Below, piece after piece: positions 10,601-19,088 of a DNA stretch of 53,802 nucleotides. Position 1 is the stretch's first letter, and each line of letters begins with the position of its first letter. The notes beneath the pieces were generated by a model, which was not told the origin of the DNA, ran no database searches, and saw only the letters and a program-made list of their open reading frames with translations. The position numbers were made by a program, and so were the translations under genes. Source of the stretch: a virus. Lineage: Duplodnaviria > Caudoviricetes. The stretch spans positions 1 through 53,802 of the IMG/VR virus record IMGVR_UViG_3300024344_000017; one strand, given 5' to 3'.

Positions 10601-11654
10601 TGTTGTCTGAATCTTGATAAGCTACAGTTATACCGCTTTCGGCATTACTGCTTACCATAGCACCTACAGTATCAGATATAAATTCGTCTAAAGCTGTTCC
10701 ATCAACAGTTATCGCATCAGCTTCTAAAGTTCCATCTATATCGGCATTGCCTGATACATCTAATGAAGCTGCATCTAATTCGCCAGTTAAGGTTATATTT
10801 CTAAATCCTGTTATGTCTTTATCGCTATCTACCGCAAGGACTTTAGAGGCAACTACTGTTCCTAGAGTTGTGCCATCAAGATAGTTTATTTCTGTAGTTG
10901 ATAGAGTCGCTCCATCAAGTATTTCTAATTCTGCTTCATTTATATCGGCACTACCTATAACGAAACTCGTTCCAGTTATTGCAGTACCTGTTATGGTAGT
11001 CCCTGTTATAGCTGCTGCTGTATTTGCACCTATTATTGAGTTATCTATAGCTGAACCAGTTATAGTTCCGCCATCTAAATCAGGGTTATTTATATCACCT
11101 GTGTTTATAACTGGTGATGTAAGTGTTTTATTCGTTAATGTTTGTGTTCCTGTGAGCGTAGCTACAGTGCTATCAATACTTATAGTGACTGCGTTGCTTG
11201 AACCTACTGATGCTAGACCAGTACCGCCTGCGATAGTCAATGTTTCAGAGTTTATTGTTACGCTTTGCGCACCACCTGTATCGCCTTGAAAATTAACTGC
11301 TTGTGCTGCATTTTGAACATCTACATAAGATTTAATTGATTGTTGTGTAGCTAACCCAGTATTACTGTTGCTACCCATATTATCTTCGTCATAAATCTGT
11401 GTTACTGATGCACCACCAGATGTGAACTGTAGATTGTATAGTTTAGCTGTTAGGGATTGTGATCTTGTTGATTGACTATCTTCCCATTGCGTATTAGCGT
11501 GGTCATATACAAGCAAAGAACCAGAAGTTCCTGCTGTTGATGTGGCAACACTTCTACCTAGAATAGTATTCGGACCTGCTACACCTTGAGTTCCTGCTGT
11601 TACTACAGATATATTACTGGTATCTGTTATTGTTATAGAGTTTACAGTGCTCAT
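4677..11654 (-). CDS. Very long tail fibre (2325 aa) with internal repeats and C-terminal S74-like chaperone
   Basis: Thr/Gly/Asp-rich repeats, VGIGTTSP motifs, ASDERLKKNI...GFVAQEV...LVKAIQEL. Confidence 0.9.
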   Translation of the reverse strand: MSTVNSITITDTSNISVVTAGTQGVAGPNTILGRSVATSTAGTSGSLLVYDHANTQWEDSQSTRSQSLTAKLYNLQFTSGGASVTQIYDEDNMGSNSNTGLATQQSIKSYVDVQNAAQAVNFQGDTGGAQSVTINSETLTIAGGTGLASVGSSNAVTISIDSTVATLTGTQTLTNKTLTSPVINTGDINNPDLDGGTITGSAIDNSIIGANTAAAITGTTITGTAITGTSFVIGSADINEAELEILDGATLSTTEINYLDGTTLGTVVASKVLAVDSDKDITGFRNITLTGELDAASLDVSGNADIDGTLEADAITVDGTALDEFISDTVGAMVSSNAESGITVAYQDSDNTLDFDVADFTITLAGDLGGSVTITDLASGTLTATIQANSVALGTDTTGNYVADLTAGEGIDVSGGGSETATITISAEDATDSNKGIASFDATDFSVSSGAVTLQTERIQDLVGAMVSSNTESGIAVTYEDSDGTLDFNVSDPVITLSGDVAGSATMTNLGDVTITTTIQANSIALGTDTTGNYVADLTAGEGIDVSGGGSENATITVSVEDATETNKGIATFDGTDFTVSSGDVTLNAERVQDIVGAMVSSNTESGIAVTYEDGDGTLDFNVADPTLTFTGDVTGSGTMTNLGNTSIALTVAADSVALGTDTTGNYVATIADAGNSHITVANSGSENAAITLNITDDAIGTDQIANNAVALGTQSTGNYIATIAGTSNEITVSGSGSETAAVTISLPDDVTIGNDLTVTGDLTVNGDTVTLNTSTLTVEDLTIRVGKGATTLANTDGAGLEFGASSGKPTITWDNGNSRLSSNKTFYAASLVGALTGNSTTATALETARTIHGVSFDGSANIDLSEVISDTVGAMFSSNTETGITATYQDSDNTIDLVIGTLNQDTTGNSATATALETARTIHGVSFDGTANIDLSEVVQDTVGAMFGSNTETGITATYEDGDGTIDLVIGSGDITNAMLAGSIANAKLANSAITVSDGSNTTAIALGGTITYTAGEGVDITESSGTLTIAGEDATSSNKGIASFGSDFSVSSGAVALSNSGASAGSYGTATAIPAVTVDAKGRITSISTNNISTSFTLSADSGSNDTFATGGTLTFTGGEGIDTTVSDDTITIAAELATETNAGVATFDGTDFSVSSGDVTINVERIADIIGGMVGSNTETGITVTYQDSDNTLDFVIGTLNQDTTGNAATATALATARTIGGTSFDGTSNIAVALSTEATNITASANNSTDETVYLTFVDGATGTQGIETDTGLTYNPSSGDLTIGGELVAATLDISGNVDIDGTLETDALTINGTTLSETIADTVGAMVGSNTETGITVSYDDSDNTLDFVIATLNQDTSGTAALATSITVSANNSTDETVYPVFVDGATGTQGAETDTGLTYNPSTGLLTSTGFSGNLTGTLQTAAQTNVTSLGTLTSLAITNDLTVNTNVLKVDTTNNRVGVKTASPSYTLDVGTATDGILIAKGTTAQRPTGAAGVFRYNTTLGRFEGYTDAWGEIGGGGTNTFSVDNYTTANNSTTAFTLSQTPNSEDNLFVFVGGVFQNPNDYTLNGTTLTLDEAPPSGTRIIVYSVRAAVSGSNLNNDQFTCNGSTTAFTLTIAPVDEKNTQVFLDGVYQQKTDYAVSGTTLTMDTAPANGAILEVNTFTQTDINVPVDDTITTAKLVDLNVTTGKIAADAITGAKLADNAVDSEHYTDGSIDAAHLNANVISGLTEVTPVSGDKMMILDATDSALKKADVDDIMATAVSITSAADAVALTFDSSENATFAGNIVKGNLTISGTEIDLSSGDLTVDVAGDITLDADGGDIWFKDGGTAIGQFRHASSSFIIKSNVTDNDLILRGDDNGSAVDALTLDMSEAGAATFNAGITATSATFTDDVAINNGSPELYFGTTGNHYNWRIAAQENVDAAFTIDVGAQDTAYGDDTYNTLLTVKNGGNVGIGTTSPAASLHINTSTNSPMLVESTHGDGGYIELQLSDSGGAGSLTGYIGDSQALIASGTAADLAIRAQANFVVSTGGSTERFKIDTVGDAKLSGAGTALTQTLFADSGSSEGSANITFNTDGASTDQSVANIKMQQGSGDGGSRKGEILFQVSDNGAPATAMTIANNGNVGISTSSPQEKLHVYHGSSTASIRVSGEGNNNRACEIGYDASDGPYIRAFSSGISSLKFFTDNTGHRMTIDGSGNIGAPTGTNIYNASDERLKKNITSLDNSLETIKNLNPVKFNWIDNFSESENDKTLYGFVAQEVQKVSPDIVESFGDGSSVKVDDKVIENPLTVREKFLVPMLVKAIQELEARIKTLEDA

Positions 11655-12004
11655 CTACTTGTGTTTCCCCTAACGCTATAAGTTCCTTCCATAATTCTAT
11701 AAACATTACCACTGGAATTGCCTATCTCCAAGTCATAGTGACCATCGCCAACTGATAATGCTGCTGTTTCTGATGGTGTTAGGGTTAGAGTTACTGTTCC
11801 TGCAGTACCGCCTAAAGCGATTCTGCTATTAGCAACTGTGAGTGTTAGTGTTGTCGTGCTGCTTTCTGGATTGTCTCTTAAATCCATTTCTGCAGAATTG
11901 TAGCCAGTAAGGTTAACTAAAGCGTCGTCAGAGTCTTTGAGCGTTAGCGTCTGCCCAAATGTTGCTCCTTGTTCTATTATAAAATGATGATAACCTGCAC
12001 TCAT
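11651..12004 (-). CDS. Putative fibre adaptor / small Ig-like baseplate protein
   Basis: IEQGATF...YDLEI...RIMEG pattern seen in small fibre-associated proteins; ATGA-coupled to the long fibre. Confidence 0.55.
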   Translation of the reverse strand: MSAGYHHFIIEQGATFGQTLTLKDSDDALVNLTGYNSAEMDLRDNPESSTTTLTLTVANSRIALGGTAGTVTLTLTPSETAALSVGDGHYDLEIGNSSGNVYRIMEGTYSVRGNTSR

Positions 12005-12079
12005 TAAAACATATTCCTATAGTTTGCGTGGTATCTACCATCTCAAAGCATCTGCTTGTGTTTATCTTACCACTTTTTA

Positions 12080-12451
12080 CTATGAAGATGCTTTCTTTGT
12101 GCTTTTCTTCGCAGTCTTTTTTGTGGTTTTCTTCTTAGTTGTTTTCTTAGCGGTTTTTGGTGCTTCTCCACCTTCCCACGCTTCATTTACATCAGGTGTG
12201 TCAGGGTTATCGCCTACTAATTGTCCTTTATCATTTCTTGCTCTAACAGGCTCTGCTTGTTCTACATCAGAAGTGTTTTCTACTTTCACTTCCATCGCCC
12301 ATTGATTTTCAACAAATGCTGACATTAATTCTTTTTGCCAGTCCTCTTTTGCTTCTACAATTTCATTATGAACATATAGTTTTGTATCTGTGCCTGTTTT
12401 ATTAGCCGAACCAACTTTTGGGACAACAATTTTATAACTTTTACCTGCCAT
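12080..12451 (-). CDS. Hypothetical head-region protein with Lys/Thr-rich C-terminal tail
   Basis: RARNDKGQLVGDNPDTPDVNEAW motif and KKTTKKKTTKK tail; GGAGG RBS. Confidence 0.65.
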   Translation of the reverse strand: MAGKSYKIVVPKVGSANKTGTDTKLYVHNEIVEAKEDWQKELMSAFVENQWAMEVKVENTSDVEQAEPVRARNDKGQLVGDNPDTPDVNEAWEGGEAPKTAKKTTKKKTTKKTAKKSTKKASS

Positions 12452-12469
12452 AAAAATCCTCCATTAAAA

Positions 12470-12500
12470 TGAGAGGGTAGGAATACACCTACCCATCTCA
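12470..12500 (-). terminator. Putative intrinsic terminator after the capsid operon genes
   Basis: Minus strand TGAGATGGGTAGG-TGTATT-CCTACCCTCTCA followed by TTTT. Confidence 0.55.
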
Positions 12501-12512
12501 AAGTTAAAGCAT

Positions 12513-12977
12513 TTAAGCATCATGTGCTGTAAAAGCATTGTCTGCACTATGTCTAGCATCTCCTCTAACAATCATAGCACCCAAAGGTGTTCCGTTAGAA
12601 TGAGTTCCAGTTTTAGCGAGGACGACTCTCAAATACCTCTTACCGCCAACATAACCTACTCGGTATATTTCACCTGCGGTATCAGGGTTTCCACCTGCAG
12701 TACCATCAAGTTTAAGGAATATACCACCAGCAGAGATAGTGCCATCTACGATATCTGCTTGTGCGCAGTCAGTGTATGTGGAGTTATCATCAGAATGCTC
12801 TAATGAAACTTCAAAATATACTGAACTAGAGAGAGTATCTCCTTCCGCACCAACTTCTACCATAGCAGTTGCACTTTCGTACCCTTGTAGGTCAACGCCA
12901 GTACCATTAGCTGCTGCAGTTTTAACTGCGTTGATAATGCTGACAGCAGGATTGATATTATTTGATAAATCTTTCAT
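12513..12977 (-). CDS. Putative capsid decoration / head-associated protein
   Basis: Directly after the capsid gene; GVDLQGY...GYVGGKRYLRV pattern. Confidence 0.55.
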   Translation of the reverse strand: MKDLSNNINPAVSIINAVKTAAANGTGVDLQGYESATAMVEVGAEGDTLSSSVYFEVSLEHSDDNSTYTDCAQADIVDGTISAGGIFLKLDGTAGGNPDTAGEIYRVGYVGGKRYLRVVLAKTGTHSNGTPLGAMIVRGDARHSADNAFTAHDA

Positions 12978-12989
12978 ATTTCACCTACC

Positions 12990-14204
12990 TTATGTTGAAC
13001 ATTTTTGTTTAACGATAGCCTCAGCTTGAACCACTTGACCACCAACTCGCCTTCTTGCAACATATCTAACATTGCCTGAAGTAGCTTGTGTAAATGGGTC
13101 ACGCAAGACCGCCATGCTGACTCTGTCAACAATCATGTATGCTCTACGGAAATCACCGAATGCTACTGGATAGGTATTGCTACCCTCAGATGGCATATCA
13201 GTCGCTTCCACATAAGCATGACCGAGAACAGTATTAGTCACTCCGCCTTGCAACGACATTCCTGCTTGGAATACATATTGCCCTGCGGTGTCTTTCAGCT
13301 TTCTGATGCTAGAAAGTGAAGTTCTGTTGAAAACAAATACTCCATTTCTTGCGTACTCAGACTTGATGCCATGCACCAAACTGATTAGACCATCAGCAGT
13401 AAGAGCAGCAGCACTACCTGAAACGACTTCACCAACATCTCCATTGGTCATAAATCCTTCTGGTTTTCCTACAGCGTCACCACTAACGAATGCTGCACCT
13501 TCTGCTTTTGCCATTTGTTCAGCAAACTCAGACTGCATTTCAGCTTCTAGGTCAAAAACTGTGTCTTCAAGGTCTTGTTCAGAAATGTCCACAAGTGCAT
13601 AATGCTCATGTGCAGGGATTTCTTCTAATCCTACTTGCCAACCAGTTGTTTCACTTCTTGTTCCGCTTTCTGCGACCCAAGATGCTGAGAATTGTCCAGT
13701 TCTTTTAGGGACTTGGATGCTTCTCTGACCTGTTGAGCGGATTCTAGCTATAGTCCTAATAGGCGAGATTTCTGTTACTGTTTTGAGCAACTCTCTCACA
13801 TATTCAGGCGGTGCTAAATATCCACCAGTTGTATCGTTAGATACAGTTAATGCTTTCTTCTCTATGTCCGTCAGTCCTTCCAGACCTTTACGACAATAGA
13901 CTTCAAAAGCCGAACAAGTATCGTCAACAGATTTAGTATCATAGGCTGATTCTGGTCTTTTCATCACAGTTTCAAGCTGTTCTACCTTTTCTGCTACACC
14001 CTCTTGTTGCGATTTGGTGCTGTCAATTTGTGCTTTGACATCTTCCAACGAATCAAGTTTTGACTCTATCTTCGCTAGTTTCTCATCAAGCATTCCATCG
14101 TTAACACCTTTTTCAAGGTTCTCAAGTTTCTCGTCATTTGCTTTTTTGAATTCCTCAAAAGCCTGACCAAACTCTTGCATAACCTTTTTCACATCTTCCG
14201 ACAT
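12990..14204 (-). CDS. Major capsid protein (HK97 fold, with delta/scaffold N-terminus)
   Basis: Coiled-coil N-terminus, GGYLAPPE, G.G.KPEG, FGDF..AY.IVDR, RRVGG motifs. Confidence 0.96.
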   Translation of the reverse strand: MSEDVKKVMQEFGQAFEEFKKANDEKLENLEKGVNDGMLDEKLAKIESKLDSLEDVKAQIDSTKSQQEGVAEKVEQLETVMKRPESAYDTKSVDDTCSAFEVYCRKGLEGLTDIEKKALTVSNDTTGGYLAPPEYVRELLKTVTEISPIRTIARIRSTGQRSIQVPKRTGQFSASWVAESGTRSETTGWQVGLEEIPAHEHYALVDISEQDLEDTVFDLEAEMQSEFAEQMAKAEGAAFVSGDAVGKPEGFMTNGDVGEVVSGSAAALTADGLISLVHGIKSEYARNGVFVFNRTSLSSIRKLKDTAGQYVFQAGMSLQGGVTNTVLGHAYVEATDMPSEGSNTYPVAFGDFRRAYMIVDRVSMAVLRDPFTQATSGNVRYVARRRVGGQVVQAEAIVKQKCST

Positions 14205-14214
14205 AATTGCCTCC

Positions 14215-15195
14215 TTATGATGTATTTTTAAGGGTTAATGTTAAGTTTTTTAAGGCATCTACCAATTCAGCACTTGATTCTATAACATCTAGCGTCTCGC
14301 TATGTGTAGTAAAGTCAAACGCATCGTGAACTGCTTTTGCAGCCACTTTCGCTTCTGAACGAGATAACGAGAAAGCATCTCGCATTCCATTTTCCCATTC
14401 TCTAATAGTCACCTCTGTTCCTTTCACACTACGAATCTTCGCTTGAGGATTCATAGGGAAAGTCACTAAAGAGATTTCCATTAAATCTACTTCTCCGATT
14501 AAGCGTTTGTTTGTCCGCTTATCGTATGAAACTTCTTCAGGGTTTGCTCTAAATCCAATAGACATTGCATCTAGTGCACCCATTTTTAATAATTCGTATG
14601 CTTCCTGACCTGCCTGTGTTTTAAGTGCCAATGTTCCTTTTACATAAAGACCATTATCATCTTCTTTTATAGAGTCAAAGACACCGATAGGCATATCGGA
14701 CTTATGTTGATATAAAAGTTTTACTCCTTTTACACCTCTTTTGCGCAAACTTTTTTTGAAAGCACCAGTCTTAATGACATCATTGCCTAAATCTGTGTTT
14801 TCAAAAACAGACGCATATCCCTCAAACTTACCATATTCTTCTTCATCGCCTTCCTCATTATACGCTTTGATATCAGACTGGAATTCTATGTAATCGTTTT
14901 CTTCGGATTTTTGTTTGGGTTTTTTAGGTTTATAACCTTCTACTTCACGACCTGTTAATTCTGTATATGCTTCGTGTGATTCACATGGCATATATACAGT
15001 GTTGCCATCTTCGTCGTGCGAATGAGTACCATCGCAACCTATTTCTTGCGCTCTTTCCTCTGCTTCACTTTCCGTAGTGAATACATCTTCTCTTATTTCT
15101 TCTTTCGTATCATTCTCAATAGAACCTTCTTCCGAAGTGAACAAGTTTGTTCTGACAGCGAGTATATTCTCGGCTTCTGTATATTCAGTAGTCAT
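14215..15195 (-). CDS. HK97-family prohead protease with acidic N-terminal extension
   Basis: FEGYASVF, LLYQH, MSIGF, EISLVTFPMNP motifs. Confidence 0.93.
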   Translation of the reverse strand: MTTEYTEAENILAVRTNLFTSEEGSIENDTKEEIREDVFTTESEAEERAQEIGCDGTHSHDEDGNTVYMPCESHEAYTELTGREVEGYKPKKPKQKSEENDYIEFQSDIKAYNEEGDEEEYGKFEGYASVFENTDLGNDVIKTGAFKKSLRKRGVKGVKLLYQHKSDMPIGVFDSIKEDDNGLYVKGTLALKTQAGQEAYELLKMGALDAMSIGFRANPEEVSYDKRTNKRLIGEVDLMEISLVTFPMNPQAKIRSVKGTEVTIREWENGMRDAFSLSRSEAKVAAKAVHDAFDFTTHSETLDVIESSAELVDALKNLTLTLKNTS

Positions 15196-15236
15196 ACGCT
15201 ATCCTCATTTGCTTACATATAGTAATGCATTGTTAA

Positions 15237-16082
15237 TCATAGCACAATATCTTGCGAATCTGCATAAACAATTACACATCTACAATTCACATTGTTTTTT
15301 GCGCCACCATTTGGGTCACCTGCATGCATCATCGCAGTTCCACCCACTTCAAATGGTTCGTCCATTTGTCTTATTTGCCCATTTGCATCAATATGTGCAG
15401 ACCTTGTTCTCAAGTCGCTAGTTGCAACCCACTTTTTCATCATATTGATATCTAAATCTTTTTTCAATATTTCATGATATTGATGATTGGCGAAAGAAGC
15501 TGCGTTATGTGTTTCTGTCCTTGCTATGAGTGCTGCTCTACTTCTCCCTATAGGTAATACTTTATCGCTAATTTTTTCAGCTAATTGCGTTAGACTCAAC
15601 CCTTCCTCTCTGCCTTCTGTTATAATTCTTTCTATTCGCTTCGCCATAGATACGGATATGTTAGTTAAATACAATAGTCTGTTTCTATTATAAATATCAA
15701 TTAAATCTTCAATATCCATGTTTCGTCCGAATACTAATGCTTCTTCTGATTTCTTGATTTTGTCGTAATTGTTTTCGTTCATAGAGAATATAGTTCTATA
15801 AACTTTTTTGTAATGCATATACATAACAGGCAAAAGTTCCGCATCTAAATCTCTTGTGGCTGTATCAACATCGTATAGGTTGAATTCTTTTATTAGATAC
15901 GCTTGTGTGTTTACGAACTTACTGAACACCGCTCTGATTTGTTTGAATGCCAATCTTTCTAAGTTTCTCCTTATTACATTTTGACGGACAAATTCTTTTC
16001 GTGTGTTTATTCTGCCTTGTCTAAAGTCCCGCAATCCTTTGTGTTCATTCCTGTGGACTATTTTGAGATTTGTTTTTGGCAT
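15237..16082 (-). CDS. Minor capsid / head morphogenesis protein (Mu gpF / SPP1 gp7-like)
   Basis: RAALIARTETH, KKW...D.RTR.AH, NCRC motifs. Confidence 0.88.
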   Translation of the reverse strand: MPKTNLKIVHRNEHKGLRDFRQGRINTRKEFVRQNVIRRNLERLAFKQIRAVFSKFVNTQAYLIKEFNLYDVDTATRDLDAELLPVMYMHYKKVYRTIFSMNENNYDKIKKSEEALVFGRNMDIEDLIDIYNRNRLLYLTNISVSMAKRIERIITEGREEGLSLTQLAEKISDKVLPIGRSRAALIARTETHNAASFANHQYHEILKKDLDINMMKKWVATSDLRTRSAHIDANGQIRQMDEPFEVGGTAMMHAGDPNGGAKNNVNCRCVIVYADSQDIVL

Positions 16083-17780
16083 TTAAGATGATTCGGCTTT
16101 GCTTTCGTTTTCTATCTGGTCTCTTTTCTTTTTTGACCAACTATATCCTGCATCACCACCCCACAATGCCCATGCTATTCTTCCATTAGATGGATAACCT
16201 TTTTCTCCTTGTTTAAATCCTTCTGCTTGTTTATCTACTTCATGTCTTGAGAAAAAACTATACATTCGTTTTACTGTGTCTGGTGATAGGTTTTGTCTTT
16301 TCACTAACTGACTGGCTCTGGTTGAGCCTACATTAGTTCCGCCTCTGCCAAACTCTTTCCGCCAATCTAATCCTCTTTGTGCTTCTTCCGCCATACTTGC
16401 TGTCGGTTTAAAGTCAATATCTGCTATAGCTTTTGAACCAACAATACCATCCCAAAACTTGTCATCTTCCACTTCATCATAATCTTCTAAATCTTCTTCA
16501 TTGTCAGGTATCTCTGGTTCAGGCGGACTATCACTTCCTAATGGGAACAAAGAAGCGTTTATATATATCTCGTCTCCCCCATCTATTGGACTTAGACCAA
16601 TTTGCTCTCTAGCTTCATTCCTAGTCATAATGCCTTCTCTTACAGCACTAGTAATGTTTTCGTATGTTTTCCTTTTCCTTTCTGCTAATGCAGGAATAGA
16701 TTCAGTATCAAATTCTATGTAATACCTTTCGTCAAACATAGGCAACAACCATTCGTTTAGGTCAGACTCTAAAAGTCTTATGTGTGGTATTATCGTTTCT
16801 TCATACAATGCTAGTCTGGCTTCTGCTACATTCGCATAAGTTTGTGCATCAGGCACACCGACTAACTGACTAGGCACACCAAAACACATAGCAATATCTG
16901 TAGCACTCATGTGTTTTAAGTTAATGAAATCCATATCTTTAGGAGATAATCCCATCTCTTTCCAGTCAAAATCTCCTTCAAGAAGCATTGGTCTGCCTGC
17001 ATTAGATGTCCCACTAAACCTGTTATTCAAATCAGTTAGTAATTGTTGTCTTTGTGATTCGCTTAGATTAACTGAATAACCTGCATCGTCTTTTGGTTTA
17101 AATACAACAGCACCACTAGGTCTTGCGCCATTGTTTAACAAGTTGATGTTGTGACGACTAGATAAATTGTGTTGGTCAACTTCTACTGCTGCTGCTGATA
17201 AAGGTGAACACCCATAATAATCATCTGTTGGGTTCCATAGCTTGATGTGTTTCAAGTCGCTTTCGCCAGTATCTGGATTTACAGGGTATGTATTGACTAC
17301 TTTTCCATTGATGATGTAGTCGTATCTCTGCGGTATAGGGTTTCCGCTTCCTTTTATTTGAACTCTATCAGGTCTTAACAAATGCAGTTCTCTAGGTCTG
17401 CCACCCTCTGCACCGCTTTTAATGATATAAGCATTACCGCTTAATAATAGATAACCAAATATGGCTTGGAAAAATTCGCTGTATGATTGTAATGGGTTAG
17501 GTTTGTGGAGCAAATCAATAACTGGGTGTTGCTCTATAACATCGTCTGCTACTTTTAAATTGAAATCTACTGAACTTGCGCCTTTTGCTATTTCGTTAAC
17601 ACATCTATATACAATAGCGTTCTTTTTATATCCTTCTTCCGCAAGGTCTTTGTATTTATATTCTTTGCTGCCATCACTAACACCAAAGAAACCTACCATG
17701 CTGCCTTCTCGCTTCTGTTCTGCCATTGGTCTGTTGAGCAGTCTCTGCATAAAAGTTCGGTTGTCTTTTCCTTCTGCCAT
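16083..17780 (-). CDS. Portal protein (HK97 family) with C-terminal extra domain
   Basis: VYRCV..IA, PNP.Q, LLLSGNAY, NGARPSG, FGVP..LVG, MTRNEAR motifs. Confidence 0.95.
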   Translation of the reverse strand: MAEGKDNRTFMQRLLNRPMAEQKREGSMVGFFGVSDGSKEYKYKDLAEEGYKKNAIVYRCVNEIAKGASSVDFNLKVADDVIEQHPVIDLLHKPNPLQSYSEFFQAIFGYLLLSGNAYIIKSGAEGGRPRELHLLRPDRVQIKGSGNPIPQRYDYIINGKVVNTYPVNPDTGESDLKHIKLWNPTDDYYGCSPLSAAAVEVDQHNLSSRHNINLLNNGARPSGAVVFKPKDDAGYSVNLSESQRQQLLTDLNNRFSGTSNAGRPMLLEGDFDWKEMGLSPKDMDFINLKHMSATDIAMCFGVPSQLVGVPDAQTYANVAEARLALYEETIIPHIRLLESDLNEWLLPMFDERYYIEFDTESIPALAERKRKTYENITSAVREGIMTRNEAREQIGLSPIDGGDEIYINASLFPLGSDSPPEPEIPDNEEDLEDYDEVEDDKFWDGIVGSKAIADIDFKPTASMAEEAQRGLDWRKEFGRGGTNVGSTRASQLVKRQNLSPDTVKRMYSFFSRHEVDKQAEGFKQGEKGYPSNGRIAWALWGGDAGYSWSKKKRDQIENESKAESS

Positions 17781-19088
17781 TTAACTTATTCTCCAATTTA
17801 CTTGTCCTTTTGATTTGCTTAATTCGGATAAACCCCAAACCATCGCATCTAATCTGTCAGGACTAGTTTTTATATCTCCTGTGTAAGTGCACATCTGCGA
17901 CTCTAACTCAGGAAAACTACCAACATGGTGAACTCGCTTCTGCTCATATAATGCTGCTATTGGTTCTGCTCTTACTAGCTTACCTCTAGTAGCATGGACT
18001 GACCTGTAGGGAATATCAGTATCTATATTCCTCAATAGTCTTTCCACCAAGTCGCCACCATTGTTCACTTCTGCGACAACTCTATCTGCTTCCCACTCAT
18101 AATAGGCTCGTACTGCCATTCTACCCCATTTATCTGCAGAATACTTCCCTGATATATCTTCTAATACATAATATTCATTATTTGCATCTTTGCCAACTAC
18201 AATTATACCAGTCTCATCGCTATTTTCATTCGCTGTCACTGCAGGGTCTATCGCTACTATTATGTTAGTTAATTCTCTTTCTTCATTTGCACTCAATCTT
18301 GTTTCGTCTATCATATCACTTCTCCACAAAGCACCTTCAAGATTATCTACTATTTCTGCATAAAGTTCTTGGCGACCCATTGTTGTGCCTTCATATCTTT
18401 CTTTAAGCATCGCCAATGCACTTTCAGCTAGGTTTTCTTCATTCTCAAATGTGTTTCCTTTAGTAACATGAACATCATCTCTCTCAACTAACTCTTTAAT
18501 CAGCTTTGTCGGTTTAGGTGTTGTGGTAATTACGCATTGTGGATTATTGCCAAGACGAAGTCCGAACATTAACTGGTCAAATGTTTCTGGATATCTCCAA
18601 GCTGCTAACTCATCACACCATGCTCTATGGAACTGAGGACCACGCAATCTATCAGGTTCTTGTGCTGCAAATCCTGATATTTTAGAACCATTGAATAATC
18701 GTATTTCAGATGTTGATGATGAATAACCTTTGTAATCTCTAGACTTGGCGAAACATTCTTTGGGTATGATAGATAACAAACCACTAGGACCACCGAAACA
18801 TACTCTACGCAAGTCACCATGAGTTGGTGCAACTACAGCACATTGACTGTTTGGATTTCTTAATGCATACAATACAATGTCTTGTGCGCCTGTCCTAGTT
18901 TTACCCCAACCACGACCTGCTAGTATTAGCCATATATAATGATTCCCTTCAGGTGCTACTTGTTTTGCTCTAGCAGTCTTCAGCCAACTAGTGTAAAGAC
19001 TTATCGTCTGCTTGTTGCTTTGTTCTTGCAACTTCGTCAAGCAATTCCATAGCATCTCTGAAGGCTCTTTCTTCAGTGATGTTTGCAT
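17781..19088 (-). CDS. Terminase large subunit (start uncertain, possibly 19055)
   Basis: LAGRGWGKT Walker A, LRGPQF..AWCDE Walker B, TTTPKP, AIDPA and SPDRLDA nuclease motifs. Confidence 0.95.
   Translation of the reverse strand: MQTSLKKEPSEMLWNCLTKLQEQSNKQTISLYTSWLKTARAKQVAPEGNHYIWLILAGRGWGKTRTGAQDIVLYALRNPNSQCAVVAPTHGDLRRVCFGGPSGLLSIIPKECFAKSRDYKGYSSSTSEIRLFNGSKISGFAAQEPDRLRGPQFHRAWCDELAAWRYPETFDQLMFGLRLGNNPQCVITTTPKPTKLIKELVERDDVHVTKGNTFENEENLAESALAMLKERYEGTTMGRQELYAEIVDNLEGALWRSDMIDETRLSANEERELTNIIVAIDPAVTANENSDETGIIVVGKDANNEYYVLEDISGKYSADKWGRMAVRAYYEWEADRVVAEVNNGGDLVERLLRNIDTDIPYRSVHATRGKLVRAEPIAALYEQKRVHHVGSFPELESQMCTYTGDIKTSPDRLDAMVWGLSELSKSKGQVNWRIS

Noticed and set aside
1024-13708. 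Many plus-strand ORFs (e.g. 1714-2142, 4429-5007, 8092-8451, 10066-10455) antisense to fibre and capsid genes
   Set aside because: Shadow ORFs from the codon bias of Thr/Ala/Gly/Asp-rich genes; no RBS or motifs, and fully overlapping well-supported genes
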